From Candidatus Acidiferrales bacterium (lineage in GTDB: Bacteria > Acidobacteriota > Terriglobia > Acidiferrales > UBA7541), in NCBI GenBank assembly GCA_050012455.1, contig JBEKHD010000017.1, positions 13,046 to 77,045 of the forward strand: a stretch of DNA of 64,000 bases, written 5' to 3'. The notes below the pieces were generated by a model that had not been told where the DNA came from, made no database searches, and saw only the letters and a list, made by a program, of their open reading frames with translations. The position numbers and the translations under genes were made by a program. This document shows positions 55,437-64,000 of this stretch, piece after piece. The stretch's first letter is position 1, and each line of letters opens with the position of its first letter.

Positions 55437-56153
55437 ATGGGCGAACTCTTAGACTTGGCGGTCAAAGCGCACGGCGGCCTCGATCGTTGGAACGAGGTGA
55501 AGACAATCAAAGTCGCCGCATCCATCACCGGCGCGATCTGGTACGTGAAAGGGAAGCCAGACTTTCTAAAGAACGTGGCAATAACTGCCGAAACGCGAAA
55601 CGAACGGGTCGCAATAGATTTCCCAGGCCAGGACAAGCGCGCGATTTTTCAGCCCGACCGCGTCGTAGTCGAAAAGCTGGACGGCACGTTGATCGAGGCT
55701 CGCGACAACCCCGAGAAATCTTTTGAAGGTCAACAGCTCGAAACTCCGTGGGACGACATTCAAGTGGCCTATTTCTGCGGCGAAGCGATGTGGACCTACC
55801 TAACCATTCCATTCCTCTACACCTACGCAGGATTCCAAACCGAAGAGATCGCTCCGCTGAAGCTCGAAGCCGAAACCTGGCGCCGCCTGAAAGTCACTTT
55901 CCCAGGCAGCGTGACGAGCCACACCCGCGAGCAAATCTCCTGCTTCGGCAGGAACGGCGTGCTGCGCCGTCAGGATTACACCGTAGACATCCTCGGCGGT
56001 GCCACCGGCCTCAACTACGCTTTCGATTTTCGCAACGTTGATGGAATCGTCTTTCCCACCAAACGACGCGTGTTTGCCTACGAGGGCGATTACCAGCCCG
56101 TGAAAGAGCCTCTTCTCGTTGCGATTGACATGGGCGAGATCACTCTCTCGTAG
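55437..56153 (+). CDS. Conserved hypothetical protein (238 aa)
   Basis: GGGAG RBS. Balanced, globular-looking composition throughout with no TM or signal peptide. No domain recognised. Confidence 0.7.
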   Translation: MGELLDLAVKAHGGLDRWNEVKTIKVAASITGAIWYVKGKPDFLKNVAITAETRNERVAIDFPGQDKRAIFQPDRVVVEKLDGTLIEARDNPEKSFEGQQLETPWDDIQVAYFCGEAMWTYLTIPFLYTYAGFQTEEIAPLKLEAETWRRLKVTFPGSVTSHTREQISCFGRNGVLRRQDYTVDILGGATGLNYAFDFRNVDGIVFPTKRRVFAYEGDYQPVKEPLLVAIDMGEITLS

Positions 56154-56210
56154 CGCAAGCGCCATCCAGGCGCGGCCTCACCATGAAAGTTCCAGCTGCG
56201 CACGATGTAA

Positions 56211-56780
56211 TCAGTGCGGCCGCGTCGTAAGCCCGGCTTCCTTCCACAATTTCTCCCAGTGCCACACGCCTGGAGTCCTGTGCAACACGCGAAAACCCAT
56301 CTGGTGGGCCAGCATTAGAATTTGCCCGCGATGGTGCGCCTCGTGCGAAAACATGTAAGCGAACATCGTCGCGCCCGCCGGCCACGTCTGCGCCCAGCTC
56401 CCGCGCGAAAATTTCGCCACGCGGCGATTCGGAGCTGCGGATAAAGCATCCGTCAACATCCGCAAGCACTGCGCTCCGCTTTTTCTGTGCGCGGCCGCAG
56501 CCTGTTTCATCGTGCAGCGGTCAGGATCGAGCGGCCGCGGACACTTCAGATGCGGCGCGGAATTCTTCAGCCAATTCAGCCGGCAGTTGTGCGAATGCGC
56601 GAAGATGGAAGCGATCGTCCGGCCGCTGCCTTTTTTACCCGGCGGCTCGGCGCGCCACGCGCGAGGATCCAGTTCAGCGAGAATTACTTGGTTCATCGCG
56701 TCGTTGGCCGCGTAAGTCTCCAGCAGCGAATCGCGAATCTCGACAAGCGCCGCGTGCGTCCCGCCAGATTGGAGTCTCAT
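56211..56780 (-). CDS. DinB-superfamily (DinB_2-like) metal-dependent protein
   Basis: GGAGGAA RBS. Spaced His residues are typical of the DinB four-helix bundle (IFAHSHNCRLNWL ... HEAHHRGQILMLAHQMG). Confidence 0.78.
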   Translation of the reverse strand: MRLQSGGTHAALVEIRDSLLETYAANDAMNQVILAELDPRAWRAEPPGKKGSGRTIASIFAHSHNCRLNWLKNSAPHLKCPRPLDPDRCTMKQAAAAHRKSGAQCLRMLTDALSAAPNRRVAKFSRGSWAQTWPAGATMFAYMFSHEAHHRGQILMLAHQMGFRVLHRTPGVWHWEKLWKEAGLTTRPH

Positions 56781-56955
56781 CGAAGTTCCTCCAATTGAGC
56801 CCTATTCGAAGTTTGCAATATAGCAGACCGAGCCAATACTGGAAGCGAGCTCTTCAACACCGGTCGGTTTACCAGTATGCGCGTGCCACCTGAGTCTTCG
56901 AGTCTGGCCCAAGGTCTGAAGCCAATACTGTCCTAGTACGGTCACGGAGGCGCTC

Positions 56956-57486
56956 GTGTCCTTGGACGTCGGCACGTTCATCGAAATACTCCTGGTAATC
57001 TTTCTGTTGACGTCATTCGGCGGGCTGAAATATAGCTCCGACGCTTCCGATGAGAGGAAAAAGGTTCTCCGAATCCTCGCTGTCTGCAGCGCGGTTTTCA
57101 TTGCCACGGGTTTTGACACATTGTCGAGGCTTTGGTCTCCCCGGGCGGAGTTTACGGGCGTTGTTGTCGAGTCGTATACCAGTCGCGGGCGAGCCGATAC
57201 CAGTTACTTCCGCGTGCAGCCGAGTTCCGGACCGCCTGTGCGGCTGGATACGGTGAGAGATCTCGCGATATCTATCGACAACACCGAAACGGTGGATGTG
57301 ATCTATGAGGTCTGGACTTCTCACCCCTTGAAGATCAATATTATTTCGGGCGATAGGCGCGGGATCATTTTGTCCCGCGACCACGGAGATCGTGTCTCCG
57401 CCGTTGAGGTATCGCTGATGATACTTTTTCTTGCGCTATCGGTCTTGAATGTCTCAAAACTTCGCAAATTGCCGGCGAATGCTTAG
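56956..57486 (+). CDS. Orphan hypothetical membrane protein
   Basis: GTG start and three hydrophobic segments (N-terminal x2, C-terminal x1). The stretch is visibly more AT-rich. No recognisable family. Confidence 0.4.
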   Translation: MSLDVGTFIEILLVIFLLTSFGGLKYSSDASDERKKVLRILAVCSAVFIATGFDTLSRLWSPRAEFTGVVVESYTSRGRADTSYFRVQPSSGPPVRLDTVRDLAISIDNTETVDVIYEVWTSHPLKINIISGDRRGIILSRDHGDRVSAVEVSLMILFLALSVLNVSKLRKLPANA

Positions 57487-57630
57487 CCGAAGAACAAACC
57501 CGGGCACGTAAGACCAGCGGTCTTTCCCCGCTGAGCAAGCCTTCAACAAGAAGTCAGACGAGACATTCTTCAAATCCATGACGTCAGTTCGTGTGCTGCG
57601 CCGCGTCCGCTTTCATCGCGCTTTTGCCCC

Positions 57631-58707
<1,077 letters not shown>

Positions 58708-58798
58708 TTATTGCCTATTCCTCTTGCTGCGCGAGAAGTTATTGGTGTATTGGCAGCCGAGCGGCTATCGTACGTGGAAGGGCAGGGAACCCACTACC

Positions 58799-59782
58799 AT
58801 GAAGAAAGCCACTAATAGCGCTAGAAAGGATGCTTCGCCACTCTCAAACCGAGCACGCGAATTGCGCGCCGAACTGGCTCGCAAGATTGCCTCTTTTGCT
58901 GGCACCCAAGAGCGAGTGCTGACTGCGATCCCCGGCCTGCTGTTGAGCCGCCGCACCGCGCCGACCGCTCCGGCGTCGGCAACCTACGAGCCAAGTTTGG
59001 CTGTAGTCGCGCAAGGACGCAAGCGTGCAACCCTCGGCGGCAACACCTTCGTTTTCGACGAATCGCGATACCTGCTCACGTCGCTCGATCTGCCGGTCAT
59101 ATGCAATGTGTTCGAGGCCAGTGAAAAAGTCCCCTATCTCTGTTTCGTGCTCAAGCTCGAGATGTCCGTAGTTCGCGAGCTATTGGGCCGTGAGGAAATT
59201 CCAGCACTCGAGCCGTCGTGTGACGATCCTGCCATGGCCACCGGTCGCACGACGCCCGAATTATTGGATGCCTGCTGCCGCCTGATGGACCTGCTCAACA
59301 CGCCGCAGGACATTCCGTTTCTGAGTGGTCTGATCCAACGCGAAATAATCTACCGCATCCTGCGCGGACCAGAGGGCGCGCGCCTCCGCGCGATTGCCAC
59401 GCTCGGAGATCAAAGCCACCGCACGGCAAAAGCAATTGCGTGGGTCAAGGCGAACTACGCCAAGCCCCTGCGCGTGGAAGATCTCGCCAAAATCGCGGGC
59501 ATGGGCGTCTCGACTCTCCATCATCATTTCCGCGCGCTCACCGCCATGAGCCCGCTGCAATATCAAAAACAACTTCGCCTGCAAGCCGCCCGCGAACGCA
59601 TGCTCGTGGATGGCCTCAACGCCGCCAGCGCCGCCTTCGAAGTAGGCTACGAAAGCGCCAGCCAGTTTAATCGCGAATATAGCCGTTTCTTCGGGCAGCC
59701 ACCCATGCGTGACATTAAGATTCTCCGCTCGCCCAACGCTCTGCCGTTGGAGTCGCTCGGTAATCAACAAATCGCGGTCTAG
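58799..59782 (+). CDS. AraC-family transcriptional regulator (AraC_N-type sensor + 2xHTH)
   Basis: The C-terminus LAKIAGMGVSTLHHHFRALTAMSPLQYQKQLRLQAAR...FEVGYESASQFNREYSRFFG is an HTH_18. Divergent from the AKR gene. The start is at MKKATNS rather than the 58562 of the ORF track. Confidence 0.88.
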   Translation: MKKATNSARKDASPLSNRARELRAELARKIASFAGTQERVLTAIPGLLLSRRTAPTAPASATYEPSLAVVAQGRKRATLGGNTFVFDESRYLLTSLDLPVICNVFEASEKVPYLCFVLKLEMSVVRELLGREEIPALEPSCDDPAMATGRTTPELLDACCRLMDLLNTPQDIPFLSGLIQREIIYRILRGPEGARLRAIATLGDQSHRTAKAIAWVKANYAKPLRVEDLAKIAGMGVSTLHHHFRALTAMSPLQYQKQLRLQAARERMLVDGLNAASAAFEVGYESASQFNREYSRFFGQPPMRDIKILRSPNALPLESLGNQQIAV

Positions 59783-60010
59783 GGCAAGTCCTCCGGCGGC
59801 AAGTACGGTCTCGGCTTTGCGTCGAACTCCCCCGCTTTCGTTTTAGCTAACTTAAAGCCGTTACTCTCTAAACGCAAACTCGCCGAAGTTCTATTGGCTT
59901 TGTCGTTTTGCTCTCATAACAATTGAGTACACCGTTCGCTGCGCTCGTTCTGGCTCGGAATGCGCCTGACGCCGCTCTGCTCGCGCAACGGTTGCGAGGA
60001 GATCAGTCGG

Positions 60011-61522
60011 ATGATCATTCCCGTTGGCCATGAAAATCTGCGCGGCCGGCGCTGGCCCTGGGTCACCACCATCATCATCCTGTTGTGCGCCTTATTTTTC
60101 CTCATCACGATCAGCCCGATGGAAGAACAGCTGGTCCGGATGACTCAGGCGGAATACCACATTGTGCTGCTAAGCGCCGCCTTTCCCGATGCGCCCATCA
60201 CTCCTGCGGCGTCCAAAATCGTGCGCGCGTTCAAAGCCGAGCACATGGATTTCTACCAAGAAATGGGGTCTCCCGACCGCAACCGTTTCGTGGATGAGTG
60301 GGACAAGAAAATTCACGGAGAGGATTACTCAGCGAGCGACGCGAATGCGGAAATGACAGCGCTGTGCTCCCAGCTCGCACAGGCGCAGGCGAACTCGATC
60401 GCCTGGAAATACGCCTTTCACTCCGTGGATCCCTCCGCGCGGAGCTATATCACCGCAACGTTCCTGCACGGAGGCTGGCTCCATATCATATTTAACATGT
60501 GGTTTCTCTGGCTGGCAGGAACGATCCTGGAAGACCTATGGGGACGCATCATTTATCCGACTTTCTATCTGGCTGCGGGCGCGTTCGCGTGGGCAGTGCA
60601 CGGCGCCGTCTATCCGCACAGTTTTATGCCGGCGCTCGGTGCGTCGGGGGCAATCGCGGCGTTGATGGGAGCATTCCTCGTCCGTTTTCCCACCACGCGC
60701 ATTCGCCTCGGCTGGGTGCTGTGGGTGAAAATCATAAAATTCAATGTTCCGGCGTACATCATTCTGCCGTTGTGGCTGCTCATGAACTTGTCTTCGGGCA
60801 TGCTGGCTCGTCTCGTCGGAGTGGAAGGGGGAGTTGCTTACTGGGCGCACATCGGCGGTTTTGCCTTCGGCGCTCTGGGCGCATACCTGCTGCGTACATC
60901 CGGCCTCGAGCAGTCGGCCGATCGGGCGATCGAAGCGAGAGTCAGTTGGACCGCCGACCCATTGATCGTCCGCGCCACTGATTCGCTCGCCGAGAACAAT
61001 CCCGCGGGCGCGATCGCCACGCTGCGCCAACACCTTCAAGAAAAGCCGGAGTCAGTGGATGGTTGGGATCTGCTGTTCAAGGCCCAGGAACGAAAAAAAG
61101 ATTTGGAAGGGCAAAAAGAAACCCTCGCCGCGCTCTGCCGCCTGCGCGTAATGGCCGGAGAACTGCAAGCTGCGGCGGCCGACTACGAAATGTATAAAAA
61201 CCTCGGCGGCGATAAATTGCCGCGCGGAGTGTGGCTGGAAATTTGTCGCTATCACGAGCGTGAGCAGCACTGGGAACTGGCGGCTGGAGAATACGAGAAA
61301 CTCGCGCAGACTTATCCTTCCGAGAGGGCCGCACTCTCCGCGCTTGTTTCCGCCGGACACATCTACGTCACAAACCTTCGCAGTCCAGGGCTCGCCGAAA
61401 AATTATTGAAACTCGCGCAGTCGTCTCCGCTTCCGCATTCCGATCTCGACGCTGCGATTCAAGAGGGCTTGAAGAAGTGCGCCCCAGCTCCAGTGCAGCA
61501 GGTGGAGTATTTGCGCTACTAG
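60011..61522 (+). CDS. Rhomboid-family intramembrane serine protease fused to a C-terminal TPR-like soluble domain
   Basis: GAGGAG RBS. Rhomboid motifs HGGWLHIIFNMWFLW, catalytic GASGAIAALMGAF and WAHIGGFAFGAL. About 190 aa of helical-repeat C-terminal extension. Confidence 0.85.
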   Translation: MIIPVGHENLRGRRWPWVTTIIILLCALFFLITISPMEEQLVRMTQAEYHIVLLSAAFPDAPITPAASKIVRAFKAEHMDFYQEMGSPDRNRFVDEWDKKIHGEDYSASDANAEMTALCSQLAQAQANSIAWKYAFHSVDPSARSYITATFLHGGWLHIIFNMWFLWLAGTILEDLWGRIIYPTFYLAAGAFAWAVHGAVYPHSFMPALGASGAIAALMGAFLVRFPTTRIRLGWVLWVKIIKFNVPAYIILPLWLLMNLSSGMLARLVGVEGGVAYWAHIGGFAFGALGAYLLRTSGLEQSADRAIEARVSWTADPLIVRATDSLAENNPAGAIATLRQHLQEKPESVDGWDLLFKAQERKKDLEGQKETLAALCRLRVMAGELQAAAADYEMYKNLGGDKLPRGVWLEICRYHEREQHWELAAGEYEKLAQTYPSERAALSALVSAGHIYVTNLRSPGLAEKLLKLAQSSPLPHSDLDAAIQEGLKKCAPAPVQQVEYLRY

Positions 61523-61544
61523 CGGTCGCGTTCTTTGTCCGCGT

Positions 61545-61901
61545 TCAGGGCAAACGCATACCGGTGCGGCCGCAGGTTTCGAACACCGCAAGAACATTCG
61601 TCATGCTGAGCAGTTCCCGGATCCGCGGGCTCAAGTTCAGCAACTCGAATTCGCATTTGGCGCCCTTCGCCGAAATATAAAGGCCAACCAGCGTTCCCAG
61701 CCCGGAACTATCCATGTATCCGAGTTCACTCAAGTCCAGGATCAGCCGCCTATTGTTCGGCAGCAGCGCTTTCACTTCCGTCTTCAGATGCGGCGAAGTG
61801 TCAGCGGTAAGTCGCCCCGTGCAACGCATCACCGTCGCGTCTTCCCATGCGTATGTGTAGAGACTCAGAGGTTGTGGAGGAATTGCAGTTTCACTAGCCA
61901 T
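61545..61901 (-). CDS. STAS-domain protein (anti-sigma-factor antagonist, SpoIIAA-like)
   Basis: ILDLSELGYMDSSGLGTLVGLY contains the conserved phosphorylatable Ser context (DSSGL). An alternative start lies at 61940. Confidence 0.8.
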   Translation of the reverse strand: MASETAIPPQPLSLYTYAWEDATVMRCTGRLTADTSPHLKTEVKALLPNNRRLILDLSELGYMDSSGLGTLVGLYISAKGAKCEFELLNLSPRIRELLSMTNVLAVFETCGRTGMRLP

Positions 61902-61972
61902 GTGAGCAGCTTGTTTACTCCGGTTGTCCGGCAATGACAAGTTTTTTCGCGCAACAGCCTATCGAGTACCGG

Positions 61973-62341
61973 TCAGCCTCTGAGCCCGCCAAGCAAAACA
62001 ACCGCCAGCAAAAGGCCGCCGAGCACCGCCGTTACCTCGATGGCGACTTTCGCCTGTTTCGCTGCCGCCGACGGCCAGCTAATTTTCCTGACCTCCTCAT
62101 ACTTCAGCGGAGTACGCCTTCCGTTAAAGCTCAGCACAAACGCATCGGCTCCGGCTTCGCTGACCGAACCCCTGAAAAGCCGTCCGTCGTAGGTCTCGAC
62201 GGTAACCCTCCGCTCGTGTTTGAGGCAGGCGGCTACTTTATTTTGGATTTTAGTGATGTGCTTCTGATCGGGACCATCCGCCGCGCGAAGCGGAGAACAT
62301 GCAAGCGTGAACATCAGTACGCAGAGCAAAAGTTTCTTCAT
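61973..62341 (-). CDS. Hypothetical lipoprotein with C-terminal TM anchor
   Basis: GGAGG RBS, lipobox-like signal MKKLLLCVLMFTLACS, and a C-terminal hydrophobic helix VTAVLGGLLLAVVLLGGL. Confidence 0.65.
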   Translation of the reverse strand: MKKLLLCVLMFTLACSPLRAADGPDQKHITKIQNKVAACLKHERRVTVETYDGRLFRGSVSEAGADAFVLSFNGRRTPLKYEEVRKISWPSAAAKQAKVAIEVTAVLGGLLLAVVLLGGLRG

Positions 62342-62800
62342 CGCAATCTACCTCCATGTTTAGAGGACGCGTCCGCTGCAAGAGTAAGGGCAAGTTCGAC
62401 ACCAAAATTGCCGGCGCGCGTTTAGAAGACGAAAGCAGTGATATTTCGAGGAAAAGAAAGGAGGTAGCGACGCCTCTGGCGAGCCCCGCTGCGGCAGGGA
62501 ACTGCTTCGCCGCTCTACAAGTCCGTTGCATTGCCAGATATGGGCGACACCGGCGCAGCGTTTTTTTGGCACCGCTCCCTTGCTCCGCCATAGCAGAATT
62601 CACGTTGAGCCCGACGTATAGACGCAGGAACTCCGCGGCAATACCAGCGTCGTTCTGCGCAATTTATAGAGTCGGGCACGTATGAGGATTACGGTGAATT
62701 GCAGACGCAGGCGCGAAGCTGCACAACGGGGGATTAAATCTCGCAGCTTGAATGACAGGAAAGAGTTTTCGGTGTCACGTCCGATAACTCCAGAAAAGAA

Positions 62801-62845
62801 TGGCGGGGACGACGGGACTCGAAACCGCGACCTCTGCCGTGACAG
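62801..62845 (-). pseudogene. Truncated tRNA-Asp(GUC): anticodon loop through 3' CCA only
   Basis: The minus strand reads CUGUCAC-GGCAG-AGGUC-GCGGU-UUCGAGU-CCCGU-CGUCCCC-G-CCA. This corresponds to the tRNA-Asp anticodon loop, 3' anticodon stem, variable loop, T-arm, 3' acceptor strand, discriminator G and CCA. The 5' anticodon-stem strand (expected CUGCC, found GUCGC) and the 5' acceptor strand (expected GGGGACG) are absent. Position 53 is U (A at 62824) where G is expected. Confidence 0.6.
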
Positions 62846-63736
62846 GCGACTATTCAACGCTCGGACCGTGCAGAATCAACCGTTTACGGATGCGATGCGC
62901 GGCAATAGTCGGCATGGATTGGCCCATCCGGGCGGGTTTTGTGCGACGGTTGTGCAACCGGAATGCGACATCCCATAGTTCTCAAATCACTTGCCTGCGG
63001 ACTACACATCAGCCAGATTCGCCGCACAATTATTACGGTTGAAGTCGGCTTTCGACTCCTCCATGCACGACGATTCGGCGTACCCCCTAATCGGAGCGCT
63101 ATCTTGTGCGAACCGACCGGATGCGTGCCGGGGAGTTTGGCGAAGGGGTGGAGTCACAGATTTAGACCCGGGCCAAAAGGGCCCCTCGGTTTGACCAAGA
63201 AAAATTTGGGGGGGATGTTTTTGCCGATTGCTGTTTCCTGCGGCATCTACCTGGCCCTATCTGGACGCGCGGCAAGCAAGTGGGAGTAATATCCAATGCA
63301 ACAGATATTTCTCCGTTTCTACATTTAGCAGAGGTTGACGCGCGATTCGACAGCCGCAAGCCAATACGCCTCGTTGACCCCGAGCTTCCCCAGCGCTCCG
63401 TTCGGGCTCTCGCGGTCCTTAACGCCGATGTTTGGTTTGCGGAGCCGGGTGGCAAACTTAAAGCAGGAGCGCGAAGTTTGCGCGTTCGCGAAATACCTTT
63501 CAGGCATGCGCGATAAGGACCGCGAGCTTTTGTTTCACGTGGCGGTAAAAATGGCGAACAGAACCTGATAGATACGTCAGTTCGGCCAAGTGCACCTGGG
63601 CTGAGGGGTTTCTTTCACGAAGCACGATTCACAAACTCTCATTCCGTCTGCAACGGTAGAATCATTTCTTGACCATTGGACACGCACGTGGATGCTGCAT
63701 CTCAGGGCAGGGATTGCGAAAAGTTTCTTAGCACTA

Positions 63737-64000
63737 TTAATTTTGGGTGATTAGATTGGCGGGAGGCAGACTGGCTTGTGCGGCCGGGTTTACTCGCGCC
63801 ATTAGATCTCTGTATGCAGGGTCATCGTGTAAATCGTCAAAAGCTGGTTCGGTAGGAACAGACAACAGCGAACTCTCATGCTCCTTATACGCAGCGTTCA
63901 AGTAATGCAAGGCATCTTGCTTCTTGCCTATTCGAGCGTAGGTCACCGCTAAATAGTACCCCGACAGAGATCCTTCGCTGCTTAGCTTCATTTGCGCGCT
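63737..64000 (-). CDS. C-terminal end of a TPR-containing protein; 5' part lies beyond the window
   Basis: The reading frame is open to nt 64000. GYYLAVTYARIGKKQDALHYLNAAYKEHESSLLSVPTEPAFDDLHDDPAYRDLMARV is a terminal TPR plus capping helix, as seen in kinase/regulator-TPR fusions. Confidence 0.55.
   Translation of the reverse strand, partial: SAQMKLSSEGSLSGYYLAVTYARIGKKQDALHYLNAAYKEHESSLLSVPTEPAFDDLHDDPAYRDLMARVNPAAQASLPPANLITQN

Noticed and set aside
62846-62890. A complete class-I or class-II tRNA. A D-loop-like string GGUCCGAGCGUUGAAUA just upstream resembles Ser/Asp D-arms.
   Set aside because: No 5' acceptor strand complementary to CGUCCCC is present. The D-stem would have only 3 of 4 pairs and lacks the G18-G19 dinucleotide. 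The anticodon stem cannot form (GUCGC against GGCAG). The resemblance is probably chance or residual decay.
62801-63190. tmRNA (ssrA) on the minus strand, suggested by the tRNA-like 3' end followed upstream by ~400 nt of non-coding sequence.
   Set aside because: The 3' acceptor strand CGUCCCC with discriminator G would need a GGGGACG 5' end and gives G3-C70 rather than the G3-U70/A73 alanine identity of tmRNA. There is no GGxUUCGAC D-analogue. No plausible tag ORF ending in ..AA followed by a stop was found. The candidates were ADFNRNNCAANLADV* and ..ESRLQP**, and neither is tag-like. The anticodon-loop match to tRNA-Asp explains the similarity better.

Overview
This is a 64-kb, high-GC (about 58-60% by eye, not computed), gene-dense bacterial chromosomal segment. 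The gene content suggests Acidobacteriota, which is an inference: a 1300-aa CarboxypepD_reg/TonB-type outer-membrane protein, a PEP-CTERM protein, Ser/Thr-kinase-TPR fusions, and a GTAGGGGCGGGTC-type palindromic intergenic element.

Content in order:
1. Chemotaxis operon cheA(3' end)-cheW-mcp-cheB-cheR-HDOD (0-5.5 kb).
2. Convergent pair of a prodomain-less papain-family (C1) cysteine protease and a chagasin-like (I42) inhibitor, then a signal-peptide nucleoside hydrolase and a GT-C membrane glycosyltransferase (5.8-9.7 kb).
3. Small secreted/membrane protein, redoxin, and a repeat-rich intergenic region (10-11.7 kb).
4. Minus-strand string TPR / Lon-N-domain / ChlI-like AAA+ / vWA (11.7-15.6 kb), then an acyl-CoA thioesterase.
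5. Nine-gene heme cluster: hemE-hemN-hemY diverging from hemX-like-hemA-hemC-hemD-hemB-hemL (16.3-26.6 kb).
6. About 19 kb that reads as a polyamine/omega-amino-acid uptake and catabolism island (27.7-46.9 kb). It holds a MerR+XRE+cupin regulator, potDABC-like importer, Tat-signal flavin amine oxidoreductase, giant TonB-type OMP, saccharopine-dehydrogenase-like enzyme, HemL-like aminotransferase, APC permease, ALDH, GabT and a second ALDH.
7. TerC, a zinc-ribbon Ser/Thr kinase-TPR protein, a Cys-rich PEP-CTERM protein and an 813-aa TPR protein (46.9-54.8 kb).
8. Miscellaneous genes: two conserved hypotheticals, DinB, an orphan membrane ORF, a divergent AKR/AraC pair, a rhomboid-TPR fusion, a STAS protein and a lipoprotein.
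9. A roughly 1.4-kb gene-poor stretch containing a truncated tRNA-Asp(GUC) 3' half (62.3-63.7 kb), and the 3' end of another TPR gene running off the window.

I saw no rRNA, CRISPR array, transposase or integrase.

The items most worth follow-up are the polyamine island with its three-domain regulator and unassigned enzymes, the cytoplasmic protease/inhibitor pair, the AAA+/vWA module with deviant Walker motifs, and the tRNA-Asp remnant. All functional calls come from motif recognition by eye. No database search or computation was possible.
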